A model generated the notes under the pieces. The model worked only from the letters and a program-made list of their open reading frames with translations. It did no database searches and was not told where the DNA came from. Made by a program: the position numbers and the translations under genes. A stretch of 64,000 nucleotides of DNA, from assembly GCA_943704425.1 (NCBI GenBank), contig CALSCP010002250.1, positions 15,736 to 79,735 of the forward strand, given 5' to 3'. Below are positions 1 through 11,444 of the stretch, piece by piece (position 1 is the first letter of the stretch; each line of letters begins with the position of its first letter). This DNA comes from Ministeria vibrans ATCC 50519. Taxonomy: Eukaryota; Protista; Filasterea.

Positions 1-1290
1 AGCCCACCTTGTCCGCCAGATCCTTAACCGTAAAACTCAAAATCTCAACCCCCATCTTGCCCACGTCCGGTGCCGCCACTTCGCGCACCAAATCCGCAAA
101 CTTCTCTCGGTCCTGAAAAGAAGATGAAAAGGATTTTAATGCAAAAAGAAAAAAAAAAAAAAAAACAAAACAAAACAACACAAATGTTCGTGCGTCTCTT
201 TTTTGTGTTGTGGCTGGTTTTACCCTGTAGACTTCCTCGACGGTGAGCGTGCCGAGAATGGCTCGGAGATGGCCCTCAAGCGTCTGGTTGATGACGTTGG
301 AAATGTCGCCCACGCTCTTGCCCAGAAACTGCTCCATCGCCGTCTTGAGCAGCGTGTCGTTGGTCAGGAACTTCACCTGTGCCACTCCGTTCACCGTCAG
401 CGCAACTCCCTCCTTGGTTTCCACCCCTTCACATGTGGGCGACAGCGTCATCACTTCCAGCAGCAGACTACGCGCCCATGGTGAGTCAGTAACGCCATTG
501 GAAGTTCGTTAGGCAAGACGACGACGAGGAGCTTCATCTTGGAAATACGAAAAAATTTATTCACAATTGAAAATTTGANNNNNNNNNNTTTTTTTTTGTT
601 GAGCGCAATTGAGTCAATATCTGCCTCATATGCGTCCAGGGCAGGGGTTAAGACGGGTGTAGTTACATGATGAAAGTGATAATGCGGCAAAAACAAACAG
701 GATAAGATCACTTGCGAAAAAAGAAGCAAACGAAAAATAGAGAAATTCTCGAGAAATACAATTTTGCAGCGGCCAACACCGATGGGGCCATCGGCGTAGG
801 TGTAGTTCGCGTGGGCCGTGGTGTGCGTAGCAAGACATTGCTCAACAGAACGACAGAATTTTGTTTTTTCTGTTTCTTTTCGTTATTTTTTTTTTTTTTT
901 TTGTCTCTTTCTCTCTCTCTTTCGCTCTCGTTCAAAACTAATCGTTACCGCTGCACGTCGGAGCAGAACCACCATGACCAGGCACACTGACCATAGACGA
1001 TCTTTTTGGTCTCCGAGCCACCGCAGCCACCTGCAGAGGGGAGAGAGGAGAGGGAGAGAGAGAGAGAGAGAGAGTGAGTGAATGTATTGAGTGATTTTGT
1101 GTGTGATTGTATGTGATTGTGTGTGATTGTGGTGGTGGCGTGGACATGGCGCCATGGGCGGGTGTTGGGGAGTGCAGGAATGCGTTGGGAGAAGGAGGAG
1201 AGATTGCAAAAATCGCACGAAAAAATGGATGCAACACATACCCGAGACAACGAGAGCCTCGTTGGGGCCGACAACGTTGCAGTTTCCCAT
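1..1290 (-). CDS. FLOT2: Flotillin-2 (SPFH domain), multi-exon, 3' end runs off window
   Basis: Starts MGNCNVVGPNEALVVSG (Gly2 myristoylation/Cys4 pattern of flotillin-2). Later exons: ~1032-949 (GCGGSETKKIVYGQCAWSWWFCSDVQR), 467-~224 (LLLEVMTLSPTCEGVETKEGVALTVNGVAQVK...QTLEGHLRAILGTLTVEEVYR) and ~113-1 (DREKFADLVREVAAPDVGKMGVEILSFTVKD). GT-AG junctions keep frame. Confidence 0.93.
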
Positions 1291-1487
1291 GGCGAGTAAT
1301 GAGAAAGAAGAATCACAAGAAAGTGAATTATTAAAAATTATTTAGATTAATTATTTTTTGTTTTTGTTACTGGTCTCAGTGCAGACTGTAGAACTTAGAA
1401 GTGCCGAGTCACACTACTCGCCCTGTTGCCCAGTCGCTTCACTAGAGTGCCGTTTGATCGCTGGCTTGGCGAGACGAGCGCTGAGTC

Positions 1488-2300
1488 ATGATTGCTTGGC
1501 CCGATGAACTCCTCGTTGGCATTCTGGCACACACAACTCCCCAGACAGCTCTGCAGCTTCGTTGGTCATGCTCCACTTGGCTCTCTGTTACCACAAGCGA
1601 CGGCTATCGTGCCTTGAGAAATTTTCTCTTCTTGGTCGACCGACGCGCCACAACGATCAACCGCACGCTGCGCCTCTGTGAGCTCCTGCTGCGCCTCTCG
1701 CGACACCGGTGGCGTCAGAGTGCCGTCACGGGTGTTTTCAATGCAAGTGCGGGTGCCGTCAGAGTGTTGTTTGAGAAGGCGCTTGAGATGCAGTCGCTGG
1801 AGTGTGTCGAGGCGATTGCCGCCTCACACGCCTTTCCCGTCAACAACCCACTGGGGTTCTTTGCTTGCAACGTGATCATGGCTGGCTGGGATGGGAAGCG
1901 TCGGCAGACGTGTTTCCGCTTCTGGGAGCCTCCACCCGCCCCGAAGCGCACTCCACTGGCACTTGCAGCGCACGCCGACAATGTGCCGCTGGCCAGTGCG
2001 CTGTGGCGCTCTGTCAACGACCAAACACTCATCAGCTGCATTGCCATTGCCATTCATTCAAACGCCTGTGGCGTCTTGCGTCTGCTCCTGAGCGATCCGC
2101 GCGTCAATGCTTCCGATGAGAGAGCATTGCACATCGCCTGTGTGACTGCCGCGGACGGACCAGCGGACGGACAGCTCGTTAGAATGTCGCTCAAGCGAAA
2201 TGGATGGTCTCCCGCCGACATTCATGTCGAGCACCCAACTGTTCGTTGCGTTCTGCGTGAAATGCTATATATCGTCCCGACTGACTCGGCTTCTTCTTGA
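1488..2300 (+). CDS. Intronless F-box-like plus ankyrin-repeat protein
   Basis: N-terminal WPDELLVGILAH...LRWSCSTW fits an F-box. C-terminal RTPLALAAHADNVPLASALW and GVLRLLLSDPRVNASDERALHIAC are ankyrin-like. Confidence 0.65.
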   Translation: MIAWPDELLVGILAHTTPQTALQLRWSCSTWLSVTTSDGYRALRNFLFLVDRRATTINRTLRLCELLLRLSRHRWRQSAVTGVFNASAGAVRVLFEKALEMQSLECVEAIAASHAFPVNNPLGFFACNVIMAGWDGKRRQTCFRFWEPPPAPKRTPLALAAHADNVPLASALWRSVNDQTLISCIAIAIHSNACGVLRLLLSDPRVNASDERALHIACVTAADGPADGQLVRMSLKRNGWSPADIHVEHPTVRCVLREMLYIVPTDSASS

Positions 2301-2332
2301 ATTCGTATCTAACATGCATTTTTTAACTGTAT

Positions 2333-4748
2333 TCAATTTCGGTTCACAAACTCGTATTGAACGTTAGCGGGGCGGGCAGTGGGACGCATCAGCGTTGCAC
2401 CGTTACCTCTGACACGAATCTCACGGAACTGCAGCACGAGTTTACACACCATCACCTGAACAGAGACAATATTATATATGTATACACACAACAACAACAA
2501 CCCAAGGTCCAGTGTTATGCTACCTTCATGAGCATGATGGCGTAGCGACTAGCCACACAGCTGCGCGCGCCCTGCGAAAAGGGAGTCATGCGGTACGGAC
2601 AGCCCGTCGTGTTTCCTTGCTCGTCTGAACCAACAAAGCGCGACGGACGGAACGAGTGAGGCTCTTGTGGAAAATTCTAAATGAACCAATGCATTGTAAG
2701 TAATCCAATAACAATAATAATTATTATTATAATAATAAAAATATAATTATTATTATTATTATTATTATTATTGGGGAAGTCCCAGGGAATAAAAAAGCTT
2801 TTGATTGTGATAATGATGACATTGAGTACAGCTCTCGATTCTCTATTATTAATTATTATTATTATTATTTTTGTTGTACCGATTCGTGACGATGTGCCAT
2901 TGGGTGAGACTGACCCACAATGGTTCCTTTGGGGATGTGCTGGCCACAGATGGTGGCGTCGCATGCAGCAATGCGGTCAAAAGAGAGCGACAGGGCACCG
3001 AGACGGAGTGTTTCAAGGATAAAATGATGGAGGTGGGGCAGTAGGTTGATGGAAGCGTAGTCGTTGAGGTCCGCATTTTGGCTCGTCGTGAGCTCAGTAT
3101 GAATCAGTACAAGCTCGTCTGGGTTCTGTGCAAGATAGTACAGAGCCCAAAGAACACCCGACGAACCAGACTGATAGCCGGATGCCAGTGACGACACAAT
3201 CTCATTGGCAATGTCAGTGGAGGGCATCGCACGCGACAGCATCGCGCCCACAATGTCATAGTTAGTGTTGCTGTCGGGCTGTTGGCGACGCACATCAGCC
3301 ACCTGTGTGGCAGCCGCACGCACACGCTCAATGGTTGCATGCATGTCACGCAGTCCAGGCAACCATCGACTCAGTCGGTCCCACACAGGCTGTCCAATGA
3401 GCAGATAGCCCGTCACGTATCGCGCAAAATTCCGCTCCGTTGCGCCACACATTTCAATGAGCCTTGGCGGATCAATTCCAAGCGCATCTTTGCCACCCAC
3501 GCCCACATCGCACACATTACCCATCATGTACTCGGAAATGTGCGCGTCGGCACTCTGAAACCCCTTGGTGTTCTAAGGAAAGAGGAGTGAGAAGGGTGGA
3601 GTTGAGATGAAGTTGAGATATTAATTGGGTATGTTACCTTGAGCGCCTGAACAAGCTCATCCGCCAATCCACTTGCGACAATAAAGTGCTGCTCGGGGTG
3701 TTCAAACACTTGTGAAACAGCGGCTCGCACACGAGTGTGGTGTTCGCCCGTGAGCGTGGGAAGACCGGGGTTCGTCAAAGACACCTGAAAAAGTACACAC
3801 ACGTCAAGAAGATTAATAGTGTAATAATTATTAAAAAATGGTCTGAGAAAATGAAGCATGATAATTGAACCAGAAATAATTATTATAATGAATTTTAAAA
3901 GATGAACTCAGTAACAGTCCAAAAATTATTAATTATTATTATTATGACTATTCTCGGTCGGAAAAATAAACAATCGAACAAATTACTAGAGACACGCTCT
4001 TGCTCAATCTCTTTATCATCCTGTTCACTGGAATATCTCCTTGAGACCCGTGACTTGAGTCTCACGTGAGTTTGCGTGGGCGAAATATATTTCTCTCGTT
4101 AGCGAAACACACAACATTTTTTTCGACAAAAGTGCTCGACCGAAAGAATACAAATAAGCCAAATAGAAAGAATTTGGGCCACATTTGCAAGGCCTTTAGG
4201 TGTAGAACAGTACAATCATTTGCTAGACCATCATTTAACGAGACGACCGGCTCGCATACTGACGCTAGAGCGATTCTCGCTTGATTTTGATACTTTTTCT
4301 CTCTTTTTTTGAGTCGACTCCACTTTTTTAACGGTACCGCATTCTCGTAGACGGGGGCCTTTGGGAAGGTCTGGGTGTTGGTGTAGACCTCGTGCATTGC
4401 ATTGGCGTCCAGTGTAAGCAGCCAGGGCCCGCCCAGAGCGACTCCGGCGCTGTCAACAAGCGATGCGCGTCAGTCCCAGGACGAAGTTTTTCTCGTCTGC
4501 TTGTCGTACCGAGCAAAGGGGGTCTTTCCGGCGCAGCTGGCACTGCGCACTACCGTGTCAAACGCCAAGGTCTTCTGTGCAGGGTAGGCCAGGAGCGCGC
4601 GCGGCAGAGCGGGTGTGTGGTGGAGTGGGGATGAATACGCCAAATATATCCAATAGCAGAGGCGCACAATCAGACGGCCCACGACGAAGGCTGCCGCGGT
4701 GACTACCGCCGCTCCAGCTGAAAGGAAAATGGTATTGGTAAGAGACAT
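2333..4748 (-). CDS. Cytochrome P450, about 6 exons
   Basis: ATG 4748 with hydrophobic anchor; GPWLLTLDANAMHEVY..FPKAPVYENA|VSLTNPGLPTLTGEHHTRVR; K-helix ETLR; FRPSRF (PERF-like); heme motif FSQGARSCVA; last exon VMVCKLVLQF...NRN then TGA at 2335-2333. Confidence 0.9.
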
Positions 4749-6298
4749 TTTTGCAGAAATAAATAATATAAAAATTGAATTCAATTTCTCTTGTGAGGAA
4801 GATATTTCCAATTTATTGTCAATCACAAACGAAAAGCGACAACACAAACAGCTCAGAACCACTTTCTAAGCTACGAGAGCGTCGAGAGGGAGCAGAGACA
4901 GGTTGGTTGATGGCCAGACAAGTGACGCGACTTCTGAATTCTGATCCTGTGAAGATCCTATGTTCGTTGCACGAGTTGAATCCTATGACTTGTCCAAAGT
5001 TCTTGCTTGCCGCCGTCGGAGTTTGCTTTCGAAGTTGACAGTTGTGGGGGTTGTCTCGTATTCGTCCCGTAAACACACCACAATTTCACCACAATAGCTC
5101 GTGAATTCTACAACTAGGAGTAAAACTTCAGTAAAACAAACTGGCTGGCACTCAAAACTCTTCGCGATCCAGGACTCCAGCGAGCATACTGAGAAGGGAT
5201 TAGAATAGTTTGGTTGAGAGCAGCGAATACAAAAATGATGCGTAAGATTTTCATCAGATCTCTTATCTGTCAGACAGACAGACTAATAATGCGAAAATAA
5301 ATCAGTCATGAGTCATGCATGAGAGTCAGTCATCGAACAGTAATGAGTAATAATACAGTCTCATTTTTTTCTTAAAAGTGCCCCTTAAACCCCTATTCTT
5401 CTTCAACAAAACTGTAAGCACACGTGCATAATGTCTTAGGTCTACGTGTTCCCCGAGCTCGCAGGGCTGTGTGAAGACTTTTACATACGTTGAGGGGATA
5501 TCCAAAATTGTTTTTGATGTGTTGAAAAAGTGTTGAATCCGCGTTGAATGGCGAGTATTGCCCACCATACTACGCATGCCTCTGTGGTGTTTGAACCTTG
5601 ATGGGCAAATAGGGCAGATTACAGATGCAACTGGGGGTGGCGTGAGTGCTGCAATCATAACCGTCCAATAATTGTTAATATGACGTGGCCCGGATTCGGC
5701 CCGGACTCGGACCGGGACCGTGTGATAATGATCTTGGGGCTATCGGCCGCTTTCTTTGACAGATTGGTCATTGCCCATTCACGCCCCATTGCCCATTGAT
5801 TGTTGTGTAGTGTGTACGAAGGTGGGAGACTTTCTGTCTCCTCTTCTTTTTCTGCACTTCGTTTTTCGCTTTTTTTTTGATCCGTCGGAATTGTTTGTTT
5901 CAACAAAAATCCAAACAATAGCTCCAAGCTCAACGGTTCTGTCGGTTCACAGCTGGTTTGTTTGGTTGGCCCAATGCGATTGGGATATCCGCTAAAGTAT
6001 CATTTGGTTGGAGAGACGCACGAAAGATCTACACACGAACTACACGCACCTTTTTCACACACCGCCTCAAAATATGTGTGTCTTGTGGGGATTACGTTGG
6101 ATTTTCATGGAGGGAAATTATTTTCTGTGTGTATGTTGTTTCTGCAGGGCTGACAGTACTGCAAATGTACTCCTCCGTGGGTTTATTTCGCTTGTTGGGG
6201 ACTTGCTGTATTTTTGGGGTGCTTATTATAACCCTAGCGAGACCCTAAAAGAAAGAAACCAACACACCCTACACTCTTTGATCCTAAGTCTAGGAGTC

Positions 6299-6654
6299 AT
6301 GGCTCGCTTTCTCTTTGCTGTTCTTCTGGTTGCCGTGGGAGTCCTGGAGACGGTGAATGCTTCTTTCCTTCGCTGTCGGTAAGAAGAGATTTTAGTGTTG
6401 CAGTTTAATGTCACATCTGTTACACTTTGTTCTTTATTGTTCTTCTTCTTATTATTATTATTCTTCTTCTTATTCTTCTTCCCCGTAGGGCTGAGTTTTA
6501 CTGCACAGGTGGCACTCTTGAAATTCCATCGCAAACACCAGCGGTCAATAATTATCGCGAGGCAACTTGTCAAGAGGTTCGTTGATAGACGATAGTATGT
6601 GATTATATTCAACCATTCTAAAGTGAATGCTATACGACTAAGACGTATTATTTT

Positions 6655-6747
<93 letters not shown>

Positions 6748-7017
6748 GTTCTCATTATTGCTCAATAATATTCTCCGTAGCTTGGAACGGGCTTTTCTTT
6801 CTGCCGCGTTGATGTCTACTCGAGTGTTTCTGTCGACGTCAACAAGGTTCTGAAGGCTGATGGCAAGAATTTCATCTTCTTCAACGCCAAGTTTGACACG
6901 TCCCAGTGCAACATTGGAACGACCACTGCCGCGAATGATATGATGCCGGGAAGTGTTGCGACAAGCGACGCCCTGTCGTGCACCATGCTCGCGCGCGCTG
7001 ATACTGTGGCGTCATAA
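6299..7017 (+). CDS. Small secreted six-cysteine protein, 134 aa, 3 exons (6299-6378, 6489-6576, 6781-7017)
   Basis: Signal peptide MARFLFAVLLVAVGVLETVNA. Donors GTAAGA/GTTCGT and acceptors CCGTAG keep frame to TAA at 7015-7017. Confidence 0.75.
6658..6747. repeat. (ATT)n microsatellite in intron
   Basis: About 30 perfect ATT units. Confidence 0.95.
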
Positions 7018-7396
7018 CTTTCTTTTGAAGACGGCACAATACAGATGATTGTGCTACAAACTTCCTACAAGATTGATCCATTGTGTTTGATTCTTTTTCC
7101 TCTTCACCGGCAACACAGAACTTTGTGTACACCTTGCGATGGTGTACTTCGCGATCGACTAATTAACGCCAAACTCCCCCTGCGTTTCTCTGGCTCTGTT
7201 GGTCGATTTACCCCTTGACTTATAGTACAGGAGGCGTCTTTTGTGCGACCCTTTTAAACATAATCCGGGTCAACCCTCTCGGGTATATGTCGGTATGTCG
7301 GTATGATCCCCGACTTCTCGTACAATGCACATGCTCATGACAAAAGAAAAAGAAAAAAAAATATTAAAAGACACGTTTGGTTGGTGGATATGTGCT

Positions 7397-8674
7397 TTAG
7401 ACAGCTGTGCCCACCGGTTGTTGTTGCTGCTGCTGGCGCTGTGTAGCATTCTTCACAGTCTCACCCGCTCCATTCCCCTCTGCCAGCGCACTGTCCGTGC
7501 TCTCGGTAAAGGCAAACCCTTGATGCAGCGGTGCCTCCTCGTCGTCGTCCTCCTCCGCCTGTGCCCGCTCCCACTTGGTCAGTAGCTCACTGCTCACCGC
7601 CGAAAACGTCATGTCAAAGTCCCATGTCACATCAGGCTCATTCAAATGCGCCTATAGCAACCCAGAGTATTAGCATTGATAATAATTTACAAAAAAAAAC
7701 GTACCCGGGGCACAAGGGATTTGAGAAGAATTGACAGGTCGGCATTTCCATCCACTGCGGGTGCCATAAAGCCACTGTGCTGCAGGAGCGCAGAGTCAAG
7801 CTCGCGAATGGTAGCCACGCGCGACGATTTGATGGCAGGTGGTGCAGCAACAGTTGTCGTGAGGTCTGCACAACACAAAAACAATGTCATGATCAAATAA
7901 TTCTCCGTCAAAGTTCTCTACCTGACGACCCTTCCTCTGCTTGCTTGTCTAAATCCGGAATGACCGGTCCGTCTGCATCATCATCGTTGCCGTTGTCATT
8001 GCCACGTGTTTGCGTAGCGCCACTTCGAGCAGCACTCGCGCCCTGTTCGTACCCGCCCATCGAACTCACGTCCAACCGTGTTTGTTTGCTCTCGCTACTC
8101 TGACTCCCACTCTCCAGCACTCCGCTGCGGTCGCGCATCTTCTTCTTGCTCTGCTGCTCCTGTTCAAACTGATTCTCGGCAGGCGTCGCCTCCGTGTCCA
8201 CCGCCCACCCTTTGGTGGCCTTCTTGGGAGGACCTGCACATTCCCACACGTCACTCACGTCAATCCATGTCACCAAACACACCATAACAATAATAATACT
8301 GTCATATCCCAAATTCATATTAACCAACACGCTTCCACTCTCTCTTTCTCTCTCTCTTTCTCTCTCCCTTGTACGCACCACGTGTTACTTCAGTCCACGA
8401 CGTGCTTCCACCACAGTGGGCAGCTTGCAGGTGGAGCTGAAACTGTCTTTCTTTCGTTTTTGAAAAAGTTCAAACGATTCGTTCTCTCTCACTTCACTCT
8501 TCCCCGAGTCACATTTCCCAGCAGTTGAATAGTACCATCATCATCGGCCGTCTCGCTTCTGTCTAGTGCCGCGGGATCCGGTAAAACCCTTCCCGATCTC
8601 TTTGTTTGAGACGATGTGGAAATATCAATGGCGGTTGTGTCGAGGCCTCCTTCGTCGTCAAGGACACTCGTCAT
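7397..8674 (-). CDS. IFT43: Intraflagellar transport protein 43 (IFT-A subunit), multi-exon
   Basis: GPVIPDLDKQAEE|DLTTTVAAPPAIKSSRVATIRELDSAL...DLSILLKSLVP...EPDVTWDFDMTFSAVSSELLTKWE matches the IFT43 C-terminal domain (IPDLE..VAAPP..DLKLL..WDWDHLFTEVSSE). Exact 5' exons less certain. Confidence 0.9.
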
Positions 8675-8804
8675 AGTGAGACAGTCAGACAGATAAGTGA
8701 GTTGTTATCGTAAAGTTCAGAAAATAATGAATAATAATTAGAAGAATACAACCCATTGAATAATCATAAAAATTTAATCGAATAAATCGATCGATATTAT
8801 TTTC

Positions 8805-8857
<53 letters not shown>

Positions 8858-8970
8858 TAATAATAATTAATTTTCAACTAGTCATTGGAGATCTATTATA
8901 ATAATAATAATAATAATTATTATTATTATTATTAATAATATTATTTTTTTATTATTATTCTTATATTATT
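8805..8970. repeat. (AAT)n/(ATT)n AT-rich intergenic tract
   Basis: Runs of AAT followed by ATT. Confidence 0.9.
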
Positions 8971-9015
8971 ATAGTATTAAATTTTTATAGTATATGATAT
9001 TTTGTACACTTTGCG

Positions 9016-11359
9016 TCACTCCCCTCCACCTGGCTGCGCATGATTGCCGTGGGTGGGCGTCACAAACGGATGCTTGTGCTGGGCGGCGGCGGACGCAGAT
9101 GATCCAGGCGATGGCGACGCCTGCATGTCAACCTGCATGTTGCGCGCCGCCACCGAACCCTCGAGCACAGCCGCCTGTGCAATCTGACGTCCCAACTCAA
9201 AGGTAGAGCTGCGCTGTCGACGGAGCGCGGGTGAGCCCACCTGTGACGACGGCGACGCGTTCAACGAAATGGCTGCAAGTCGCACCAGGTCCGGCTCGGA
9301 CTGTACCAAATCAATGACCGACTGCGACAGTGACTTGGTCTGAGGTGCAGGTGAACAGCGCACACTCGACGACGACTGGTGGGCGCGCAGCCGACTCACA
9401 GAACGTGGCGTGGCTGCACCTCCGCCAGCAAGGCGCGATTGCGAAGGCGGAACGGGTGTCACACCGTGATGAGGGGCACGCGGAGTGCCCGTGCGACTCC
9501 CCGTGGGTGTGTGTGGCGCTGTGGGTGGCATGCGGCCCAAGTCGGGAGCGCTTCCGCCCAGCGTCATCCCCAAATTGGTGCCGGGTCCCGAGGCAAACTT
9601 GCGCCGACGCGCCTGCTCCTTGACACGACGGTGGCGTGTCACTGCACTGCCAATGCCCAGTTTATCAAAGACCGACTTGCGCAGTCGATCCTTCTGTTGG
9701 ACCGACAAAGGCGCTGGTACCGCACTGGGCGAGACCGGTGCCGACATGGCAGCGTCGACAATGTCGGTGTTCGTGGGCGACAGCAGTGGTGGCAGAGTGC
9801 GGTTCGACGGAGGCGACGACTGAGCCGAGCTGGAGCGACTGGGCAAAAGGTCATTTGCTGCGAGTAATGGTAGAGTGAATCCAGAGGGAGCGCCCGGTGA
9901 GCGCGGGAGGGGTGACGACGGCGACAGCACCACCGTGGTAGTGGTATTTCCTGCCGCTGTCGCTTTCGTTGTTGTCTTCTTCATTTGCTGCAGTGACGAA
10001 GGCACAAGCATCTGCTGGGTACGAGAAAGTGTGTGTGTGCGGGGAGGCGACACTGGCGCTGCCATGGTCCCTGGTGGCGTCATGGCCCGCTCGCTCGCGG
10101 CTGCACGCGCCTTCTTGTCGTCTGTCGTCTCGAGCACACGCGTGCCCGCATTGTCTCGCACACCATCTTTCCCAGAAGTACTGTTGTCGTTGTCCTCGTC
10201 TACTTTTTCTTCTTCGTCGCCCTTGAGCTCCACCTCAGTCACCACCTCGTCATAAAACACCGGCTGTTTTGCGCGATGATGTTGTAGCTTCTTGGGACTC
10301 ACACTGATTGTGTGTGTCGAGCGACGCGGCAGACGCGAATGAATGCCCTTGTCGCCAGGCGCAAAACGAACGGGTGAAGCGTGTGTGTTCATGCGAGGCG
10401 TCGACACTGGCGAGTTTTCAGCTGACTCCATCATTCGATTGGCCATCGCCTGCGCACTCACAGCGCCCTGTGTCGCACCCCCAATGCTCACGGCGCCATG
10501 CGAGCCATCCTCGACCAGCTGACCGCGTACTCGCTGCTGAAAGAACTCGCCCAATTTGCGCAACGTCGACTGTCGCTGCTGATGGTTCATCACTACGCGC
10601 TTGTGCGACTCGCGTCGAGAGAGTTTTGGTCGTGGGCTCACCGTACTCGACGTTTGTGGTGTCATGGAGAGACGTCCACTTTGTTTGGTGAGCAACGACG
10701 GTCGCTGCGATGATGGTGGTGTTGTGGCCGTAGACTGGTGCCGTTTGGTGGTCGCTGCTCGTTCGCGTAGCCACGCGAGATGATGCGCGTCACGTGCGTC
10801 GTTGTCGTATGTGCGCACCGGCAGCATGCCCACCAAGGGTGCTGCAGCATGAACAGCAGTGGTGCGACTCTCGTGTGAGCTCACGGACGAACCGCCTCCG
10901 GCGTCCATCAACCCATCGGCGAGCGTGTGGCTTCCTTGCTGTGCATACAGTCGCTGGTACAGCCGCAGGAGTTTAGCTGAAGGCGCAACCTGATGGTGCT
11001 CCATGAGTTCACGTTGAGTCTCAATGATTTGCGACATAGTGGTCTGGCGCTCCACTGTGTCGCTATGGCGCTGCTGCAAATCATGCAGCATGAGCAACTG
11101 CACGACGGACGCCGTCTCAAACTGAACATTCTCCAGCTCAAGCATGTGCGAACGGTACATGTGGTAGAAGAGACGACGCGTCGTGCTCGTAATGGCCAGC
11201 GCATGTACACGCTCCTCAAGTCCTTGTGCCTGTTGTTCGCACTGCTCCAGCTCACGTGCCAACTGCTCCTTGAGCACATTATTCTCTTGTTGGTTCTGCT
11301 CAATCGTCGCAATGTCTGCGCGCGCCGAACTCACATGCGCCGGCTCACTCTCGCCCTCT

Positions 11360-11444
<85 letters not shown>

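Noticed and set aside
4470-4472. In-frame TGA in the P450 5' region suggesting selenocysteine, readthrough or a pseudogene
   Set aside because: It lies in a 60-nt GTACGA...CTGAC...GACAG intron; splicing restores the frame.
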